NCBI GenBank assembly: GCA_000002445.1
Contig: CP000070.1
Coordinates: forward strand, 1,024,001 to 1,088,000
DNA: 64,000 bases
Source: Trypanosoma brucei
Lineage: Eukaryota
Direction: 5' to 3'
Shown here: piece after piece, positions 43,403 through 53,345 of the stretch
Layout of the letters: each line of letters opens with the position of its first letter
Numbering within the stretch: the stretch's first letter is position 1
The notes under the pieces: generated by a model
The model's database searches: none
What the model was told of the DNA's origin: nothing
What the model saw: only the letters and a program-made list of their open reading frames with translations
Made by a program: the position numbers and the translations under genes

Positions 43403-45028
43403 GTGGACGCGATGATAATCTCTAAGGAGGAGCTGAGTGCCATCACACTCAAATCGTCGTTCATCTACGAGTATGGAGATTTGCCACATTTTATGAGTTG
43501 TATAAATAGTTTTCCCCTGCACTTCTTTGTGCGGTACCGTAGCAGTAAGGAGGATCCCTCTCAGCACCGCTGGTCTCGCTTGTTGAAAGTGGTGCGGCGG
43601 GAGGTACCCGCAGTTGGCGGAAGTATCAACTCGAATGTTAATGATAGTAACGGGGATGTGAGCGGCGCTGGCGGTGGAACCTCTTCCACTAATATTGTCC
43701 CCCTTCAATGGCGAGAGAAGAAGTTCCTCATAACACTTTCTGTTGAAGGTGAGGAAAAGTACGTTGATTTACCACGAATATCTTTACAACTGCCATCAGA
43801 AAATGAGGTCATGTCTTATTGCGCACGCCACGTGGAGCTGGAGGCCAATGACACGGGCGATGTTGAGGTTGAACGTTCCTCAACAGCAAGAGACCAACTA
43901 CCTAGCGCACACGAAATTCAAAAACTTCGTGAGTTCCGGCGAAATGTGATTGAAAATCACCGATGGACGCCGGAAGAGGTTGCGCAGGCGCGTGAACAGA
44001 ACGAGCTAATGGGACGCGTGGGAGCCAGTTGCGCCCCCGTGCGGTTGACGGTGGCTTCGATGAATAACATGCTTTTCGAGTCGAAACTGTCTATTGCGTC
44101 TAGCCGTCGAGCTGTAGGCCACCTGGCCGCAGCTATGGAGCGCCGCAATGCTGTTCGTCTACCCCATTCTTCCTCATATGTATCAGCGACACCACCACAA
44201 ACGGTGGCTGGGACGGGGAGTCAGTTGACTAACGTCTCTCAGTGTGATATGGGAGGCATTGAGAGTCAGGGCACCACCCAGTTTGACGAAGAACGGGTTC
44301 CTGAGGTGGATCCTCAAGTCCTTCAAGAGATGGTGAAAGCGTGGGGCGAAAGCGTTCGTCACGGGGAAGAGTTTTACAAGTATGTTAGCAACAAGGATCG
44401 AAGCGCATACCTCACGAAGATTGCCACTATAACCCAAAACAATTATGAAAAGAACAGGCAAGACCGTGTACGTGGAATTGCGAACGAGAAACGACTAGAT
44501 CGGAAGGCGAACCTCGTGGAGTCGGGAGGTTTGTGGATTGTCGACGATAAGCTGCGCGCAAAACTTGCACAGAATTATCGGCAGGAACAAGACGGTGAAG
44601 CAGGAGTTGGACACGTGGAGGCATCTGTGGATGGAAAGAAGGGTAATGACTCAAGGAAGTTACCCGGCGGTTTAAATGCGCTTGATGACACTAAAGGTCA
44701 AACTGTGGGTAAGGAAGAAACAATGCTGCAGCGCTTTATGAGATACCACAGGGAACAAGAACTCTCCTTTGCGTCGGTGCCTGACAGTTTTGTTGACGAA
44801 GTAACTGGGGACAACCTTTCTCTGTCCACTTCCCGTGGTAAAGATGCTCAACACGACACTGACGGTTTAAACACAGCGTTAGGGAAGGCGGTCATTGGCC
44901 ACTCACCGGAGTTGCTCTCGTTGAGTTCAAACCCCCAAGTTGTCACTTCGCAACTGCTTCATAGGGTGACTTGCATGAGTGGGAGGATGTCGCTTAAGCG
45001 AGGGCACTCTGTTTCCAATAAGTCTTAA
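43403..45028 (+). CDS. hypothetical protein (541 aa)
   Basis: ORF on the coding strand, non-repetitive. A large pyrimidine-rich tract at 42060-42480 lies upstream. No domain recognised. Confidence 0.5.
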   Translation: MDAMIISKEELSAITLKSSFIYEYGDLPHFMSCINSFPLHFFVRYRSSKEDPSQHRWSRLLKVVRREVPAVGGSINSNVNDSNGDVSGAGGGTSSTNIVPLQWREKKFLITLSVEGEEKYVDLPRISLQLPSENEVMSYCARHVELEANDTGDVEVERSSTARDQLPSAHEIQKLREFRRNVIENHRWTPEEVAQAREQNELMGRVGASCAPVRLTVASMNNMLFESKLSIASSRRAVGHLAAAMERRNAVRLPHSSSYVSATPPQTVAGTGSQLTNVSQCDMGGIESQGTTQFDEERVPEVDPQVLQEMVKAWGESVRHGEEFYKYVSNKDRSAYLTKIATITQNNYEKNRQDRVRGIANEKRLDRKANLVESGGLWIVDDKLRAKLAQNYRQEQDGEAGVGHVEASVDGKKGNDSRKLPGGLNALDDTKGQTVGKEETMLQRFMRYHREQELSFASVPDSFVDEVTGDNLSLSTSRGKDAQHDTDGLNTALGKAVIGHSPELLSLSSNPQVVTSQLLHRVTCMSGRMSLKRGHSVSNKS

Positions 45029-45609
45029 CCCGCTGTAATTGAGCTGAAGTAAGACAACCAAGTCCGCTTTGGGCAGCTTAGACTTCCAAAGACGAGACGG
45101 GTTCCACAAAAACAAACTCATTTAAATGTGGTGCATGAAGAGCGCTTCCCCGCTTGTGAGTGCGGCATCTGATTGTTAGTGGAGAAGAGATTTCATTACT
45201 TTATGAATTGTTTTACTTTTGCTCCTCTTCGTTGCCTTACGAGATGTGTAGGGATTGACTTACGCAAACGCGACGAACGGCGTAGGAAGGGGTTAGAAAA
45301 TTTTGAAAGGTTGTGCCACTATTTGTCACCTGTGGTTGTACGGTGAGGTAGGAGGTCAGGATTTCTGTGGGTATTTCCAGCTAAATTTCAGGGTTCTTCT
45401 GCCACAAAGTGGGGTTGATTCTTCTAATAAATGTCGACCCTTTTTTTAAAAAAAAATCTATAGTGAAAGGTAAAAAAAGAGTCTATGTGTGTTCGTTGGT
45501 ATTTACATACATTTTTTATACTTGTGCGTGTGCGCGTATGAATGTGTAAGTAGGTTGCGCTGGTGGTGATGGGAGGGAATAACTATATCTGTTTTGTTTC
45601 TTTCTTTTT

Positions 45610-48201
45610 TTGTGTTTATGCCCCTTGGATTCAGTAGGATGGATGATGGAAAAGCAGTGGATAGTTTCTTCCCTCTTGCGCTCTTCAGAGCAGGGGAACG
45701 CGGAAGGCGTTAATGCCTTTAGTACTACTACTCTCGGATTAAAGCGGCAGCGAGATAGCCAATTTTATGACGGTGATGGGAAGCCGTTGAGAGGTTTGAG
45801 GCGTGAAGCTGCGAGCCTTATGTATAACAACCGCTATCTCAGTGAGGAGGAACTGCACCGGCTTGAGCAGTCGCTTTCTGCTGGCCAGGGTAACACTTCT
45901 GTGACTTCCACTGCTGATGGGAAGGGCGGTGGCAGTGCTAGGAGGATCCTGAACGGACTACCTGCGCTACCAGACATGTTTGGTGTTGTGCCGTCGACAA
46001 CTTCTGGAGGAAAGGCTGCAAAATCAGCGGGTGGTGAGAATGGCGACTCAAGGTGGGCCGTACCAGCGATGAATCGGTGGTTCCTCGTGCAGCGAAACCA
46101 CGTGGTTCAGAATCGGCTGACTGAGGGTGGAAACAATAGCAACGACGAATCCGCGCAACAGTTAGGCCATCAGTCTGCACATATGGGAGGCTGTGGTTAC
46201 CGTTGGGTCCGGGCTGATGCACTTCAGGTGGAAAGCGCACTTACTGGCTCTTTGGTCGTTGCTGCTATGCCGGTTGCGGACACGGGAGCCTCCACGGGAA
46301 GGACCGAAATGGGAAGTGGAGGTGCAAAGCACAAGCGCGTACAGGAAGAACTTCAAGAATCGTGGATTTCGCAGGCATGTTTGCTAGCTCCCCCCGAGAC
46401 CGAATTTTCCGTCGCTGACGCTTATAAAGGGTCGGACCCCTTTTCATTCTTTACGGTAAGTGAAGATGAGTATCGGATATTAAACCTGGAGAGCCCACAA
46501 TTCCAGCCATCATTTCTATCACGGCATAACGACGTTGAAGAAGCAACGCCACATCATTTTAACTTTGATGCCACTATGAAGCTTCTCACAATGTACGAAA
46601 GATTCGGTAATTTCGTGGTGGTGGCTGATCGTTGGACATATGCCAACGCTTCTGGCACAGGTCCTGCGGACGTTAACGGCGCGGATGAAACACTTTTGCC
46701 TCCACCCGTTGAGGCATTAATGGAGCGATACAAGTTGGTCTCGGAGGCGGTTCTTCAGTATCGTTTGCATATGCTGAGGACAGTCTTACGCGATGGAAAA
46801 AGCGGCAGGTGCGATGAAGCAGTTGCGGCAGCTGTTGGATGCCGCAAACCCGAGTCGAGGGCTTCTCGTGAGGCTGTAGTGGCGAAATCTCAAAAAGACA
46901 CGGATGATCGTCTAATAGCATCGTCACATCCCTTAGTTTCGTTGATGTTAAAGCACCCCATTCTCGAGACGCAACGACAGAGGCAGGAGTGGCTCACTCA
47001 GAAGTTTCGAGAGATTAAGGATGACGATGGTAAGAGTTGTAACAACAACGACAACGGGAACCCGAACAAGGAGGACACGAATGATGAGGTCTCCGCGACG
47101 GCCAATGCCGCGAGTGAGATCGCCATGATTAACGGTCACCGCCGCAGTTACCTGAAGGATTTGGCAGTGATGGGTACCAGTTCTTTATCCAATCACTTGG
47201 ATTCATCACAAATGCAGAACAGCAGGGATCATGGTGATGGCGGAACTTCCTTCGCTGTTGGTGGCAACGCGAGATCTGGCAGTGCTTCTCCTCTTGAGTC
47301 CCAACTATCGGTTCCACTCAACATTTGTCCAATACCCACCGCTTCACCCTTCTGGTATGATGGGCTACTGGAGCGTGTGAGGCGGGAGCGTTTACGTGAG
47401 GATATGATCCTTGAATCGCGAGAGAATGTGCCTTACCACGTGGCATTGATGTCTCTCCAAAAAGTGGGCAAGCAGGCGAAGGTTCTGTTCGACAGATTGC
47501 GGACCCTCACGCAAGAGACGGTGGCAGCATCGGTAGAGGAGCCGGAGGAGTCAGACGTTAGCACTAGGGCAAGCGGTACGTCAGCCGTTGTAGACACCGG
47601 TGTTGGAGGCAAGGAAGGAAGGGGGGCGAGACCTGGGAAGTTAGCGACAGCTAAGCAGTGCAAGAAGAGACAACAGCAGCAACTTACCGATCCCAGTTCG
47701 GAGGACAGTTACCAGGCTGTGCAGGAGGAGGTTCGTCGTGTGCCTGCGATCTGCGAACGGCTGAAGCTATGCGTTCAGGCCGGTTGGTTCCTACCACCCT
47801 CGTATTTGGGAAAGGGATGTGGATCCGATCTTAAAGGTAGCAACGGTAACACAAACAATGAAAACTCTGGGGGTAACCGTGGCGCGCCCGTCGGTGGCAG
47901 CAGCGGCGGCACCAACATCATAGCCAATCGCGTTTTAAGTAATTCCTCTGAGGCGCTTTTGCTGTCGTTGCCTCCAAACACACCGCGTATTCATCGCAGC
48001 GTGGAGCACGAGTTGGAGAAGCATCTCTGGGAAGATCACCGGGCGTTGTGTGATGACAGTGCGGAGGTGCAGCAGTTACTGGGTGAGGTACGTGTGTTAT
48101 ACACACAGAATGTTATATTGCGCAGGTTTGCTGGGAGGTGTGGTACTCTCAAGGCCTCACTTAAAAAACTTGCGAGTGACGCTTCTTCAATGAAAATATG
48201 A
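45610..48201 (+). CDS. hypothetical protein (863 aa; start possibly Met at 45643)
   Basis: Long ORF, mostly non-repetitive with Gly/Asn/Ser-rich patches. No catalytic motif recognised. Confidence 0.55.
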   Translation: MCLCPLDSVGWMMEKQWIVSSLLRSSEQGNAEGVNAFSTTTLGLKRQRDSQFYDGDGKPLRGLRREAASLMYNNRYLSEEELHRLEQSLSAGQGNTSVTSTADGKGGGSARRILNGLPALPDMFGVVPSTTSGGKAAKSAGGENGDSRWAVPAMNRWFLVQRNHVVQNRLTEGGNNSNDESAQQLGHQSAHMGGCGYRWVRADALQVESALTGSLVVAAMPVADTGASTGRTEMGSGGAKHKRVQEELQESWISQACLLAPPETEFSVADAYKGSDPFSFFTVSEDEYRILNLESPQFQPSFLSRHNDVEEATPHHFNFDATMKLLTMYERFGNFVVVADRWTYANASGTGPADVNGADETLLPPPVEALMERYKLVSEAVLQYRLHMLRTVLRDGKSGRCDEAVAAAVGCRKPESRASREAVVAKSQKDTDDRLIASSHPLVSLMLKHPILETQRQRQEWLTQKFREIKDDDGKSCNNNDNGNPNKEDTNDEVSATANAASEIAMINGHRRSYLKDLAVMGTSSLSNHLDSSQMQNSRDHGDGGTSFAVGGNARSGSASPLESQLSVPLNICPIPTASPFWYDGLLERVRRERLREDMILESRENVPYHVALMSLQKVGKQAKVLFDRLRTLTQETVAASVEEPEESDVSTRASGTSAVVDTGVGGKEGRGARPGKLATAKQCKKRQQQQLTDPSSEDSYQAVQEEVRRVPAICERLKLCVQAGWFLPPSYLGKGCGSDLKGSNGNTNNENSGGNRGAPVGGSSGGTNIIANRVLSNSSEALLLSLPPNTPRIHRSVEHELEKHLWEDHRALCDDSAEVQQLLGEVRVLYTQNVILRRFAGRCGTLKASLKKLASDASSMKI

Positions 48202-48746
48202 GGATTGCTGCTCAACCACTCCTATTTACCCATTTGTTGGCCAGCATCTCTCAAGTCTGGCACATATTGTCACTATCGTCGTTGCCAGAGCTATTGTTTG
48301 CAGTGTGATGATTGTTGTTGACAATCTGCTTTGGATGGTGATTGTGTTTGTGGTGAATAAGCTTATTTTGCGTAACCTTATAAGTGATGCCATTTTTTCT
48401 GAAACTTTAATGCGGCGTTAGCCCCTGTCTTATAGGTTTTGAATTCTTGGTAAACGACATGTTGGGCAATTTGAGTTTTTTTTTCTTGTGCCGTGTTGGC
48501 TCCACTCTATTCGGTTCTCTACTTTTTTTTGTTTTGTTTTCTTCGACAAGGCGGATGAGGATAGACCTGGTGGCACCATTTCCGCTGTCATTTGTGGTTT
48601 CATGGGGAGAGGGACTGGAAACCCTACAAGCTTTTACAACGCAGAAGTGAAGATCAAACCAAAGTATAGCGTGATTGAGGAGTTTGAAAGTGTCAAGTGA
48701 GGCGTGCGGCTAGCCAACTTGCCCGTATTTTATCTAAACGGGTAGA

Positions 48747-51014
48747 ATGATCCACAGCACCGCGATGCATCACTTCATCAGGACCTTCTCGTTGTGTCTG
48801 AACGTTAACTGCATTCCGCGGCTGCGATTTGGAGGGCTCACACCCGAGATTACTAATAATGTGCTGCAAGGCCCGTTGCTTACCCCGCATCGCACCTTTC
48901 TCAGAGCAGGTGCGACAACTATTCGCAAGAGTGGGAGTCGGTGTTTTTCCCACCAGCAAACATCGGCTAACTGCTCCGCGGTATCTTCGACAGAATCTGC
49001 GCAGCACTCCAGCCATGGGTTTCTTTCACCAAGCGAGTTGCTTTTCCAACTCGTTTCCCCCCACATAGCCAGTGCACCGTGTGTGTCGAGAGTTGCGCAC
49101 GTTTACAGTACCATACCCAAGTCGTTTGATGAGGTAGTGAGTAACCGCCACCTGCCACCGTCCGTAGTTGAGCATGACACGCGTCGATGGCTTCGAAATC
49201 AGTTTGGTACCCTCAGCAGTGCGCTGAGGCAGTTGCATGTTACAAACTCCACGGAACACTGGGGTATTTACATCTCGCAGGACCACGTTTACGTTGTGAA
49301 GGCCTACAGCGAGGAGGAGGCTGAGGAAGCGTTTGCAACCTTCAATGCTGTTACTCACACTTGTGATGAAAAATTCGGTGAACCATCGATTGACTGTACG
49401 TCGCGGCAGCGCACGTCGTTGTGCGAGAGGGAGAGTCTTTTGGAGGTGTTTCAGCCCGTTTTTCCGAACTTCACTCCCCCTCCGCTTCCCCCACCGTCAC
49501 AGCGGCAGCGTAGTTTTGCTGGGAAACGGAAGAAGCATGTGCCAGACGGTGTGTTCACCCCTCAAATGCTCGTTCCGTACGTTCCTACTTTCTTCGTGCC
49601 AATGTCAGAACTCCTTCAGGAGCTGCCAGAGGGATACACTGCGGAGCATATTGAAGGTCTCTTCGCAGCGACGGGGACTTTGGAAATCGTGGAGCTTGAG
49701 GGTGAGAAGTTTGTGCGGTTGCATGGTGGCAATCGGTTTTTGGATTTCACACTCGATGGAGCGGGTATTGCTGCACATGAGCGGTGGAGGGCTTACCAGC
49801 CTGACCCTTTTTTGTGCCAGTCTTTCTGCCGAATAATGTCAACCTCTGCTCATTGGGTTTCCCTTCGTGTGCTCATTATGAGGTCCCCAACCGCACTCGT
49901 CGAGGCCCTTCTGCCGTTAAGGGGCTACAAGACTTTGCTTTTCTTCGCGCAAATGCAACATGTCTTCTGTTTTACACCGAGGGGTGAGGGGGAGGTGTGC
50001 CGTGCTGCGTCTGTCACCTGTCTCTCCTACCGCGACAGTCCAACACCGGCGGTTGTGTCAGAACTTGTCGGCTTGCTCTCGGGCCAGCGAGCGTACATTA
50101 CCGATTTGCAGCGCTGTGATAAATATAACAATTCCGGATGCATTTGCATATCGGATCACGCCAAAACGCAGATAATCATGTACTATGGCACACTTATTAA
50201 TTTTTTCCGTGTCCATGGTGAGATATTTTATGTTGAGGAAGATTCCCTCGTAGGGCTCATCTCTGACAGGAAAATTACAACCAATACAACGAAAACCTTG
50301 GAGGATAAGCTGGAGGATGCACTAATGAAGAAGGATCGCCGTACAGCCCAAAAAGTACGACGCCGCATGTCACTGGAGCGAAATCCAGACAGTCCGTACA
50401 CTGACCGAGAGGTCCTATTGGACGCCATCTTGCGTTACTTGCCGAGGAACCGTTCCATTTCCCTCAATTTTCTCTTGAGGTCCTTGCCGCTCTCCTTGTC
50501 TGACTTCCTTCCTAACAAACCCCTTGCACTCTTTCAGCAAGCTCCGGAAAAGGTGCGTATTTTTGAGTACCGATACCGTCATCGATTGCATCTTATTCGT
50601 CCAGGCGTACCGCTGCCGCCTGGCGTCCTTCGAGATACGTATACAGAGCAGGAGTTGCTCTTCCTTTGCGCGGCTGAGCTCCAGCAGCAACCTCGTTTCG
50701 CCGTGGACGTTTATGGGCGCCTTCCCTACGGAGCCAAGGAGGTCATTCGCCTCCAATATAAGGGGCTTCTGGAGCTGCTGAAGCCGCATCCTCAGTACTT
50801 TACCGTGGTGTTTAAGGACTCCCTCCGTATGGATTCACGACAGGCACTCGTGACGCTCATACAAATGCCCCCATCGGTGGGCCTTACGGAGGATGACTAT
50901 GGCGCCCATGTTCCAGACGATGCTGTCCTGCAGCAACTTGAGGCAGAAGATAGGGATGCACTGGAGGCACTACCAGATGAAGTGCGAAAGACCATTCGCC
51001 AGGGTAATACTTGA
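48747..51014 (+). CDS. hypothetical protein (755 aa)
   Basis: Long ORF on the coding strand. Polypyrimidine tract at 48447-48545 upstream. The N-terminus is basic/hydroxylated (possible organellar targeting). No domain recognised. Confidence 0.55.
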   Translation: MIHSTAMHHFIRTFSLCLNVNCIPRLRFGGLTPEITNNVLQGPLLTPHRTFLRAGATTIRKSGSRCFSHQQTSANCSAVSSTESAQHSSHGFLSPSELLFQLVSPHIASAPCVSRVAHVYSTIPKSFDEVVSNRHLPPSVVEHDTRRWLRNQFGTLSSALRQLHVTNSTEHWGIYISQDHVYVVKAYSEEEAEEAFATFNAVTHTCDEKFGEPSIDCTSRQRTSLCERESLLEVFQPVFPNFTPPPLPPPSQRQRSFAGKRKKHVPDGVFTPQMLVPYVPTFFVPMSELLQELPEGYTAEHIEGLFAATGTLEIVELEGEKFVRLHGGNRFLDFTLDGAGIAAHERWRAYQPDPFLCQSFCRIMSTSAHWVSLRVLIMRSPTALVEALLPLRGYKTLLFFAQMQHVFCFTPRGEGEVCRAASVTCLSYRDSPTPAVVSELVGLLSGQRAYITDLQRCDKYNNSGCICISDHAKTQIIMYYGTLINFFRVHGEIFYVEEDSLVGLISDRKITTNTTKTLEDKLEDALMKKDRRTAQKVRRRMSLERNPDSPYTDREVLLDAILRYLPRNRSISLNFLLRSLPLSLSDFLPNKPLALFQQAPEKVRIFEYRYRHRLHLIRPGVPLPPGVLRDTYTEQELLFLCAAELQQQPRFAVDVYGRLPYGAKEVIRLQYKGLLELLKPHPQYFTVVFKDSLRMDSRQALVTLIQMPPSVGLTEDDYGAHVPDDAVLQQLEAEDRDALEALPDEVRKTIRQGNT

Positions 51015-51297
51015 CAACGATGATGGTGAGGAGGCGAAAGTGATGGTGCAGGTCGACGCGGTTACTTCATAACCGAACGCAACACATTTGTAATTTTTTT
51101 TTTTATCTCTGCTTAGTGGGTTGCAGGGTGTTTGTCGTCGATGTCCGTTCTGGCGAACTGCCATTGCATTCTCGATTCCTTGTATCATCTCATCCCTTTT
51201 CCTCCCTTTTCGTGCTTCCACTATTTATGTACAAGATAATCTTCGTTATTTCACAAGCAACATACCAAATTTAAGGAAAAATAAAAGACATTCAAAC

Positions 51298-51645
51298 ATG
51301 TCCGATATCACGTACGAGAACGGTTCACCGACATACACCGGTAACACCGTCCTTAAGTGCTTCAGAGAGAATGGCAACGGCCTCCTCTTTCGCATCGTCA
51401 ATGATGAGGAGAAGAAATGGGCATTCTACAATGATACCAAGGGCTACAACATGGTGGTGAAAGTTGCTTTCGGTAAGGACAGCACTGTTCAACCCCTTGG
51501 CAACACCAAGATGGAAAAGGACACTGCTACTGGCGAATTCAAGTGCGAACTCGAAATTGCGCCGCTGGCGACTGAAATGTTCATTGAGGGAGTGCCCAAC
51601 GGATACAAAATAAACTTTGAAGCCAATCCTATTCCTCAGTCATGA
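51298..51645 (+). CDS. small kinetoplastid calpain-related / SMP-1-like protein, tandem copy 1 (115 aa)
   Basis: Starts MSDITYENGSPTYTGNTVLKCFRENGNGLLFRIVNDEEKKWAFYNDTKGYNMVVKVAFGKD... This matches my memory of the Leishmania SMP-1 / kinetoplastid calpain domain-I family pattern (YENG...LLKCFR...LLFR...WAFYNDT...). The ORF-track entry 51121-51645 extends upstream through the 5' leader, but the Met at 51298 is the conserved start shared with copy 2. Confidence 0.6.
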   Translation: MSDITYENGSPTYTGNTVLKCFRENGNGLLFRIVNDEEKKWAFYNDTKGYNMVVKVAFGKDSTVQPLGNTKMEKDTATGEFKCELEIAPLATEMFIEGVPNGYKINFEANPIPQS

Positions 51646-52025
51646 GCAAGATGCGGTTATACATGCGAGTCCAGCAGATGATCGACAGTAGGAATGTAGT
51701 TAGCAGAAGAATTGATTCGCCCCATTTTTTTCCTTTTTCTCTCCTGGTTCTTTTGTTCTTGGGGGTTGCCGAAAAAATGCGCGACCCAAAGCACTTTATA
51801 CTGTTATATCAGAAGAGTTCCCCTCTGTATGCGGCGTTGGCGCTTCCATACGTTGCTGTCCGGCGCGTCGTGCATTTCTTTCTGGTGCCCAGTGTATTTT
51901 CGAGTTTTTGTATCATCTCATCCCTTCTCCTCCCTTTTCGTGCTTCCACTATTTATGTACAAGATAATCTTCGTTATTTCACAAGCAGCATACCAAATTT
52001 AAGGAAAAATAAAAGACATTCAAAC

Positions 52026-52388
52026 ATGTCCGATATCACGTACGAGAACGGTTCACCGACATACACCGGTAACACCGTCCTTAAGTGCTTCAGAGAGAAT
52101 GGCAACGGCCTCCTCTTTCGCATCGTCAATGATGAGGAGAAGAAATGGGCATTCTACAATGATACCAAGGACTACAACATGGTGGTGAAAGTTGCTTTCG
52201 GTAAGGACAGCACTGTTCAACCCCTTGGCAACACCAAGATGGAAAAGGACACTGCTACTGGCGAATTCAAGTGTGAGGTGAAAATCGCCCCCCTGGCGAC
52301 TGAAATGTTCATTGAGGGAGTGCCCAACGGATACAAAATAAGTTATGAAGCCGATCCTATTCCCCAGTGGAAATCCGTTCCCACCTAA
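52026..52388 (+). CDS. small kinetoplastid calpain-related / SMP-1-like protein, tandem copy 2 (120 aa)
   Basis: About 95 percent identical to copy 1 over the first ~95 codons (G->D at codon 47). It diverges at the 3' end (VKIAPL..ISYEADPIPQWKSVPT versus LEIAPL..INFEANPIPQS). The same 5' flank, about 130 nt, precedes both copies. Confidence 0.6.
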   Translation: MSDITYENGSPTYTGNTVLKCFRENGNGLLFRIVNDEEKKWAFYNDTKDYNMVVKVAFGKDSTVQPLGNTKMEKDTATGEFKCEVKIAPLATEMFIEGVPNGYKISYEADPIPQWKSVPT

Positions 52389-53239
52389 GTAAAGATATCG
52401 GGCAGTCGTGAGGAGGAAGGGAAGGGGGAAAAGAAAAGTAGTGAACACCTGTTGGTTAACTCAAGGTGAGGGGACCACATACAAAGGGAAAAGGAAATTA
52501 AGAAAGATTGTATGTTACCTTTTTTTTTTTCAAATTGTTACTCCAAATAATATGTTTATAGCCTTTTCCCTGTCATTATTTTTTTTTTGACAATTCTCTA
52601 CTTCCTTTCCTTTTCCCTTCCCCCTTGTTCTTTTTCCTCTTTTTTTTTTCCTAAATACTCGCGTGAGCGCATCACTCTCAACTAATTCGGCGAATGTTTT
52701 CTTTTTTACTTCCGGTTGATATCATTATCATTACTTATTTTAGTCTTTGTCCTTGTCCCTTTTACTTTTTGTGTGCGCATCGAACTGTAACTCAACGTTG
52801 AGCGCGAATCGAAAAAATAAAAAAAGGGGGAAGAGGAGACCACCACCACCCCCTAAAAAAAAAAAATAAACGTTAAGAAACTGGGCAAAGAGAGAGAGAG
52901 AGAAACAAACAAATATGAAGTGGAGGATAAGGGCAGCAGAATCTCACTTCTGAAGCCAATGTATGCAACGCAGTTCGGTCGTACCCTGCATTAAAAATTT
53001 TACCCATGTATTAGAGTTACATGCGCATATCTCAGAATCATGTCTTTCCACTTGTTTTGGTACTGGCCACGATTTTACGGGCGTATGTCTTTTCCTTCAC
53101 TATTTTTTTTGTTCACGTCCACACGTGTGTTCGTTTTTTCTTTACTCACGATACCGACCGGTAAGTTTTGTTGTGCCTGTGCGAGCGTTCCTACGTAGAT
53201 TTGCACATTTATCGGGTAGTGTTAGCTCTGGCGATAGCG

Positions 53240-53345
53240 GTTGCGTCGCCATGTCGAACTTAAACTATTATTATTATTATTTATTATTTTGCGCTAGTCC
53301 AAGTTTGCTTCCGCTTTTTTGTCCTTTTATTTACTTATTTGTTTA
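53240..53345 (+). promoter_or_regulatory. polypyrimidine tract / probable trans-splice acceptor region upstream of the CSB-like gene
   Basis: T/C-rich run (ttattattattatttattattttgcgctagtccaagtttgcttccgcttttttgtccttttatttacttatttgtttag) ends in AG dinucleotides 20-30 nt before the likely start Met. This is the canonical kinetoplastid SL-addition context. Confidence 0.45.

Larger units (their letters stand above)
51150..52390 (+). repeat. tandem duplication (~728-bp period) containing the two SMP-1/SKCRP-like genes plus their 5' leaders
   Basis: 51170-51640 aligns with 51893-52370, including the leader tgtatcatctcatccc...aaataaaagacattcaaacATG. The intervening ~250 nt (51646-51890) is unique. 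Confidence 0.85.
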
